From Eledone cirrhosa (Eukaryota), in assembly GCA_964016885.1 (NCBI GenBank), contig OZ024744.1, forward strand, positions 23,622,001 through 23,686,000: a stretch of 64,000 nt of DNA, read 5' to 3'. The position numbers and the translations under genes are program-made. The notes beneath the pieces were generated by a model, which was given only the letters and a program-made list of their open reading frames with translations, did no database searches and was not told the origin of the DNA. Shown in pieces: positions 56,259 through 64,000 of this stretch; position 1 is the first letter of the stretch; the number at the start of each line of letters is the position of its first letter.

Positions 56259-59200
56259 AAGAACTGATTCGTTTTAACAACTGCTGAATCTTAAGATAAA
56301 CCCGTATTAACAACAGTTGAATCGTAAGATAAACCTCGTTTTAACAACATTTGAATCTTAAGAACTAACTCGTTTTAACAACAGCTGAATCTTAAGATAA
56401 AACTCGTTTTAACAACAGTTGAATCTTAAGAACTGACTCGTTTTATCAACAGTTCAACCTTAAGAACTGACTCGTTTTAACAACAGTTGAATCTTCAAAT
56501 AAAACTCGTTTTAACAACAGTTGAATCTTAAGATAAAACTCGTTTTAACAACAGTTGAATCTTAAGATAAAACTCGTTTTAACAACAGTGGAATCTTAAG
56601 AACTGACTCGTTTTAATAACAGTTGAATCTTAAGATAAAACTCGTTTTAACAACAGTTGAATCTTAAGAACTGACTCGTTTTAACAACAGCTGAATCTTA
56701 AGATAAAACTCGTTTTAACAAAAGCTGAATCTTAAGATAAACTCGTTTTAACAACAGTTGAATCTTAAGATAAACCTCGTTTTAACAACATTTGAATCTT
56801 AAGAACTGACTCGTTTTAACAACAGCTGAATCTTAAGATAAAACTCGTTTTAACAACAGTTGAATCTTAAGAACTGACTCGTCTTATCAACAGTTCAACC
56901 TTAAGAACTGACTCGTTTTAACAACAGTTGAATCTTCAAATAAAACTCGTTTTAACAACAGTTGAATCTGCAAATAAAACTCGTTTTAACAACAGTTGAA
57001 TCTTCAAATAAAACTCGTTTTAACAACAGTTGAATATTATGATAAAACTCATTTAACAACAGTTGATTCTTAAGATAAAACTCGTTTTAACAACAGTTGA
57101 ATCTTAAGAACTGACTCGTTTTAACAACAGCTGAATCTTAAGATAAAACTCGTTTTAACAACAGTTGAATCTTAAGATAAAATTCGTTTTAACAATAGTT
57201 GAATGTTAAGAACTGGTTCGTTTTAACAACAGTTGGATCTTAAGATAAAACTCGTTTTAACAACAGTTGAATCTTAAGAACTGACTCGTTTTAACAACAG
57301 TTGAATCTTAAGAACTGACTCGTTTTATCAACAGTTCAACCTTAAGAACTGAGTCGTTTTAACAACAGTTGAATCTTCAAATAAAACTCGTTTTAACAAC
57401 AGTTGAATCTTAAGAACTGATTCGTTTTAACAACAGCTGAATCTTAAGATAAACTCGTATTAACAACAGTTGAATCTTAAGATAAACCTCGTTTTAACAA
57501 CATTTGAATCTTAAGAACTGACTCGTTTTAACAACAGCTGAATCTTAAGATAAAACTCGTTTTAACAACAGTTGATTCTTAAGAACTGACTCGTTTTATC
57601 AACAGTTCAACCTTAAGAACTGACTCGTTTTAACAACAGTTGAATCTTCAAATAAAACTCGTTTTAACAACAGTTGAATCTTCAAATAAAACTCGTTTTA
57701 ACAACAGTTGAATATTATGATGAAACTCATTTTAACAACAGCTGATTCTTAAGATAAAACTCGTTTTAACAACAGTTGAATCTTAAGAACTGACTCGTTT
57801 TAACAACAGCTGAATCTTAACATAAAACTCGTTTTAACAACAGTTGAAACTTAAGATAAAATTCGTTTTAACAATAGTTGAATGTTAAGAACTGGTTCGT
57901 TTTAACAACAGTTGGATCTTAAGATAAAACTGGTTTTAACAACAGTTGAATCTTAAGAACTGACTCGTTTTAACAACAGTTGAAGCTTAAGAACTGACTC
58001 GTTTTAACAACAGTTGAATCTTAAGATAAAACTCGTTTTAACAACAGCTGAATCTTAAGATAAAACTCGTTTTAACAACAGTTGAATCTTAAAAACTGAC
58101 TCATTTTAACAACAGTTGAATCTTAAGAACTGATTCGTTTTAACAACAGATGAATCTTAAGATAAGACTCGTTTTAACAACAGTTGAATCTTAAGAACTG
58201 ACTCGTTTTAACAACAGCTGAATCTTAAGATAAAACTCGTTTTACAACAGTTGAATCTTAAGAACTGATTCGTTTTAACAACAGCTGAATCATAAGATAA
58301 ACTCGTTTTAACAACAGTTGAATCTTAACATAAACCTCGTTTTAACAACATTTGAATCTTAAAAACTGACTCGGTTTAACAACAGCTGAATCTTAAGATA
58401 AAACTCGTTTTAACAACAGTTGAATCTTAAGAACTGACTCGTTTTATCAACAGTTCAACCTTAAGAACTGACTCGTTTTAACAACAGTTGAATCTTCAAA
58501 TAAAACTCGTTTTAACAACAGTTGAATATTATGATAAAACTCATTTTAACAACAGTTGATTCTTAAGATAAAACTCGTTTTAACAACAGTTGAATCTTAA
58601 GAACTGACTCGTTTTAACAACAGTTGAATCTTAAGAACTAACTCGTTTTATCAACAGTTCAACCTTAAGAACTGACTCGTTTTAACAACAGTTGAATCTT
58701 CAAATAAAACTCGTTTTAACAACAGTTGAATCTTAAGAACTGACTCGTTTTAACAACAGCTGAATCTTAAGATAAAACTCGTTTTAACGACAGTTGAATC
58801 TTACGAACTGACTCGTTTTATCAACAGTTCAACCTTAAGAACTGACTCATTTTAACAACAGTTGAATCTTAAGAACTAACTCGTTTTATCAACAGTTCAA
58901 CCTTAAGAACTGACTCGTTTTAACAACAGTTGAATCTTCAAATAAAACTCGTTTTAACAACAGTTGAATCTTAAGAACTGATTCGTTTTAACAACAGTTG
59001 AATCTTAAGATAAAACTCGTTTTAACAACAGTTGAATCTTAAGAACTGACTCGTTTTAACAACAGCTGAATCTTAAGATAAAACTCGTTTTACAACAGTT
59101 GAATCTTAAGAACTGACTCGTTTTATAAACAGTTCAACCTTAAGAACTGACTCGTTTTAACAACAGTTGAATCTTCAAACAAAACTCGTTTTAACAACAG

Positions 59201-62200
59201 TTGAATCTTCAAATAAAACTCGTTTTAACAACAGTTGAATCTTAAGAACTGATTCGTTTTAACAACAGCTGAATCGTAAGATAAACTCGTTTTAACAACA
59301 GTTGAATCTTAAGATAAACCTCGTTTTAACAACATTTGAATCTTAAGAACTGACTCGTTTTAACAACAGCTGAATCTTAAGATAAAACTCGTTTTAACAA
59401 CAGTTGAATCTTAAGAACTTACTCGTCTTATCAACAGTTCAACCTTAAGAACTGACTCGTTTTAACAACAGTTGAATCTTCAAATAAAACTCGTTTTAAC
59501 AACAGTTGAATCTTCAAATAAAACTCGTTTTAACAACAGTTGAATATTATGATAAAACTCATTTTAACAACAGTTGATTCTTAAGATAAAACTCGTTTTA
59601 ACAATAGTTGAATGTTAAGAACTGGTTCGTTTTAACAACAGTTGGATCTTAAGAACTGACTCGTTTTAACAACAGCTGAATCTTAAGATAAAATTCGTTT
59701 TAACAATAGTTGAATGTTAAGAACTGGTTCGTTTTAACAACAGTTGGATCTTAAGATAAAACTCGTTTTAACAACAGTTGAATCTTAAGAACTGACTCGT
59801 TTTAACAACAGTTGAATCTTAAGAACTGACTCGTTTTATCAACAGTTCAACCTTAAGAACTGACTCGTTTTAACAACAGTTGAATCTTCAAATAAAACTC
59901 GTTTTAACAACAGTTGAATCTTAAGAACTGATTCGTTTTAACAACTGCTGAATCTTAAGATAAACCCGTATTAACAACAGTTGAATCGTAAGATAAACCT
60001 CGTTTTAACAACATTTGAATCTTAAGAACTAACTCGTTTTAACAACAGCTGAATCTTAAGATAAAACTCGTTTTAACAACAGTTGAATCTTAAGAACTGA
60101 CTCGTTTTATCAACAGTTCAACCTTAAGAACTGACTCGTTTTAACAACAGTTGAATCTTCAAATAAAACTCGTTTTAACAACAGTTGAATCTTAAGATAA
60201 AACTCGTTTTAACAACAGTTGAATCTTAAGATAAAACTCGTTTTAACAACAGTGGAATCTTAAGAACTGACTCGTTTTAATAACAGTTGAATCTTAAGAT
60301 AAAACTCGTTTTAACAACAGTTGAATCTTAAGAACTGACTCGTTTTAACAACAGCTGAATCTTAAGATAAAACTCGTTTTAACAAAAGCTGAATCTTAAG
60401 ATAAACTCGTTTTAACAACAGTTGAATCTTAAGATAAACCTCGTTTTAACAACATTTGAATCTTAAGAACTGACTCGTTTTAACAACAGCTGAATCTTAA
60501 GATAAAACTCGTTTTAACAACAGTTGAATCTTAAGAACTGACTCGTCTTATCAACAGTTCAACCTTAAGAACTGACTCGTTTTAACAACAGTTGAATCTT
60601 CAAATAAAACTCGTTTTAACAACAGTTGAATCTGCAAATAAAACTCGTTTTAACAACAGTTGAATCTTCAAATAAAACTCGTTTTAACAACAGTTGAATA
60701 TTATGATAAAACTCATTTAACAACAGTTGATTCTTAAGATAAAACTCGTTTTAACAACAGTTGAATCTTAAGAACTGACTCGTTTTAACAACAGCTGAAT
60801 CTTAAGATAAAACTCGTTTTAACAACAGTTGAATCTTAAGATAAAATTCGTTTTAACAATAGTTGAATGTTAAGAACTGGTTCGTTTTAACAACAGTTGG
60901 ATCTTAAGATAAAACTCGTTTTAACAACAGTTGAATCTTAAGAACTGACTCGTTTTAACAACAGTTGAATCTTAAGAACTGACTCGTTTTATCAACAGTT
61001 CAACCTTAAGAACTGAGTCGTTTTAACAACAGTTGAATCTTCAAATAAAACTCGTTTTAACAACAGTTGAATCTTAAGAACTGATTCGTTTTAACAACAG
61101 CTGAATCTTAAGATAAACTCGTATTAACAACAGTTGAATCTTAAGATAAACCTCGTTTTAACAACATTTGAATCTTAAGAACTGACTCGTTTTAACAACA
61201 GCTGAATCTTAAGATAAAACTCGTTTTAACAACAGTTGATTCTTAAGAACTGACTCGTTTTATCAACAGTTCAACCTTAAGAACTGACTCGTTTTAACAA
61301 CAGTTGAATCTTCAAATAAAACTCGTTTTAACAACAGTTGAATCTTCAAATAAAACTCGTTTTAACAACAGTTGAATATTATGATGAAACTCATTTTAAC
61401 AACAGCTGATTCTTAAGATAAAACTCGTTTTAACAACAGTTGAATCTTAAGAACTGACTCGTTTTAACAACAGCTGAATCTTAACATAAAACTCGTTTTA
61501 ACAACAGTTGAAACTTAAGATAAAATTCGTTTTAACAATAGTTGAATGTTAAGAACTGGTTCGTTTTAACAACAGTTGGATCTTAAGATAAAACTGGTTT
61601 TAACAACAGTTGAATCTTAAGAACTGACTCGTTTTAACAACAGTTGAAGCTTAAGAACTGACTCGTTTTAACAACAGTTGAATCTTAAGATAAAACTCGT
61701 TTTAACAACAGCTGAATCTTAAGATAAAACTCGTTTTAACAACAGTTGAATCTTAAAAACTGACTCATTTTAACAACAGTTGAATCTTAAGAACTGATTC
61801 GTTTTAACAACAGATGAATCTTAAGATAAGACTCGTTTTAACAACAGTTGAATCTTAAGAACTGACTCGTTTTAACAACAGCTGAATCTTAAGATAAAAC
61901 TCGTTTTACAACAGTTGAATCTTAAGAACTGATTCGTTTTAACAACAGCTGAATCTTAAGATAAACTCGTTTTAACAACAGTTGAATCTTAACATAAACC
62001 TCGTTTTAACAACATTTGAATCTTAAAAACTGACTCGGTTTAACAACAGCTGAATCTTAAGATAAAACTCGTTTTAACAACAGTTGAATCTTAAGAACTG
62101 ACTCGTTTTATCAACAGTTCAACCTTAAGAACTGACTCGTTTTAACAACAGTTGAATCTTCAAATAAAACTCGTTTTAACAACAGTTGAATATTATGATA

Positions 62201-62534
62201 AAACTCATTTTAACAACAGTTGATTCTTAAGATAAAACTCGTTTTAACAACAGTTGAATCTTAAGAACTGACTCGTTTTAACAACAGTTGAATCTTAAGA
62301 ACTAACTCGTTTTATCAACAGTTCAACCTTAAGAACTGACTCGTTTTAACAACAGTTGAATCTTCAAATAAAACTCGTTTTAACAACAGTTGAATCTTAA
62401 GAACTGACTCGTTTTAACAACAGCTGAATCTTAAGATAAAACTCGTTTTAACGACAGTTGAATCTTACGAACTGACTCGTTTTATCAACAGTTCAACCTT
62501 AAGAACTGACTCATTTTAACAACAGTTGAATCTT
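55288..62534 (+). repeat. Tandem duplication, period 3,664 bp (108 monomers), with a complex junction at about 58,871-58,951
   Basis: CAAACAAAA 55516/59180, CCCGTATT 56301/59965, GAAACTT 57846/61510 and AAGCTT 57983/61647 share offset 3,664 = 108x34-8. Confidence 0.88.
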
Positions 62535-64000
62535 CAAATAAAACTCGTTTTAACAACAGTTGAATCTTAAGAACTGATTCGTTTTAACAACAGCTGAATC
62601 TTAAGATAAACTCGTTTTAACAACAGTTGAATCTTAAGATAAACCTCGTTTTAACAACATTTGAATCTTAAGAACTGACTCGTTTTAACAACAGCTGCAT
62701 CTTAAGATAAAACTCGTTTTAACAACAGTTGAATCCTAAGAACTGACTCGTTTTATCAACAGTTCAACCTGAAGAACTGACTCGTTTTAACAACAGTTGA
62801 ATCTTCAAATAAAACTCGTTTTAACAACAGTTGAATCTTAAGAACTGACTCGTTTTAACAACAGTTGAATCTTAAGATAAAACTCGTTTTAACAACAGCT
62901 GAATCTTAAGATAAAACTCGTTTTAACAACAGTTGAATCTTAAGATAAAACTCGTTTTAACAACAGTTGAATCTTAAGAACTGACTCATTTTAACAACAG
63001 TTGAATCTTAAGAACTGATTCGTTTTAACAACAGTTGAATCTTAAGATAAAACTCGTTTTAACAACAGTTGAATCTTAAGAACTGACTTGTTTTAACAAC
63101 AGCTGAATCTTAAGAGAAAACTCGCTTTACAACAGTTGAATCTTAAGAACTGATTCGTTTTATAAACAGTTCAACCTTAAGAACTGACTCGTTTTAACAA
63201 CAGTTGAATCTTCAAATAAAACTCGTTTTAACAACAGTTGAATCTGCAAATAAAACTCGTTTTAACAACAGTTGAATCTTCAAATAAAACTCGTTTTAAC
63301 AACAGTTGAATATTATGATAAAACTCATTTAATAACAGTTGATTCTTAAGATAAAACTCGTTTTAACAACAGTTGAATCTTAAGAACTGACTCGTTTTAA
63401 CAACAGCTGAATCTTAAGATAAAACTCGTTTTAACAACAGTTGAATCTTAAGATAAAATTCGTTTTAACAATAGTTGAATGTTAAGAACTGGTTCGTTTT
63501 AACAACAGTTGGATCTTAAGATAAAACTCGTTTTAACAACAGTTGAATCTTAAGAACTGACTCGTTTTAACAACAGTTGAATCTTAAGAACTGACTCGTT
63601 TTATCAACAGTTCAACCTTAAGAACTGAGTCGTTTTAACAACAGTTGAATCTTCAAATAAAACTCGTTTTAACAACAGTTGAATCTTAAGAACTGATTCG
63701 TTTTAACAACAGCTGAATCTTAAGATAAACTCGTATTAACAACAGTTGAATCTTAAGATAAACCTCGTTTTAACAACATTTGAATCTTAAGAACTGACTC
63801 GTTTTAACAACAGCTGAATCTTAAGATAAAACTCGTTTTAACAACAGTTGATTCTTAAGAACTGACTCGTTTTATCAACAGTTCAACCTTAAGAACTGAC
63901 TCGTTTTAACAACAGTTGAATCTTCAAATAAAACTCGTTTTAACAACAGTTGAATCTTCAAATAAAACTCGTTTTAACAACAGTTGAATATTATGATGAA

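Larger units (their letters stand above)
1..64000 (+). repeat. Satellite DNA array, 34-bp monomer ACAGTTGAATCTTAAG[AACTG/ATAAA]ACTCGTTTTAACA, about 1,880 head-to-tail copies
   Basis: Monomer read directly at 1-34, with the next starting at 35. The same unit continues through every line to 64,000 with only substitutions and 1-2 bp deletions. GC is 11/34 (AACTG form) or 9/34 (ATAAA form). No interruptions or inversions seen. Confidence 0.99.

Noticed and set aside
1-64000. Repeat-protein coding sequence
   Set aside because: 34 is not a multiple of 3. Each monomer has two TTAA (TAA on both strands) plus TGA, so every frame is closed within a few monomers, and frameshifting 1-bp deletions are frequent.
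1-64000. Technical concatemer (rolling-circle or primer/adapter artefact)
   Set aside because: Variants are inherited hierarchically at exact offsets over tens of kb, which indicates an evolutionary history. Individual identical duplications could still be assembly errors.
1-64000. Telomerase-synthesised telomeric repeat
   Set aside because: There is no G-rich strand bias, and kb-scale inherited variant order implies DNA-templated copying rather than repeated copying of one RNA template. A recombination-maintained subtelomeric satellite is not excluded.
1-64000. Plasmid iterons, recombination-site arrays or integron attC cassettes
   Set aside because: The copy number is orders of magnitude too high, and there is no intervening cassette DNA and no rep, integrase or recombinase gene.
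1-64000. Embedded transposon, inversion or unique island
   Set aside because: Reading through the window I found no stretch departing from the monomer and no reverse-complement monomers. A very short insertion could have been missed by eye.

Overview
The whole 64,000-bp window is one uninterrupted, head-to-tail tandem array (satellite DNA) of a 34-bp AT-rich monomer, about 1,880 copies, all in the same orientation. The consensus is ACAGTTGAATCTTAAG[AACTG|ATAAA]ACTCGTTTTAACA. I see no unique sequence, genes, RNA genes, transposons or CRISPR spacers, and the array runs off both ends. It is most consistent with a eukaryotic centromeric, pericentromeric or subtelomeric satellite, but the organism and function cannot be assigned from sequence alone. 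Three kinds of internal structure stand out. (i) The monomer has a two-state 5-bp segment plus a small vocabulary of multi-base variants, and the common ones each create or extend a local inverted repeat, suggesting quasi-palindrome template-switch mutation or selection for dyads. (ii) There is a hierarchy of higher-order repeats: 17-bp half unit, 34-bp monomer, 19-mer (644 bp), 62-mer (2,103 bp), and recent 1-6 kb tandem duplications. (iii) An apparent 34-38 kb super-period repeats the succession of variant haplotypes. All offsets were read by eye from rare marker variants, and block boundaries are approximate. I found no evidence of a gene-encoded novel system.
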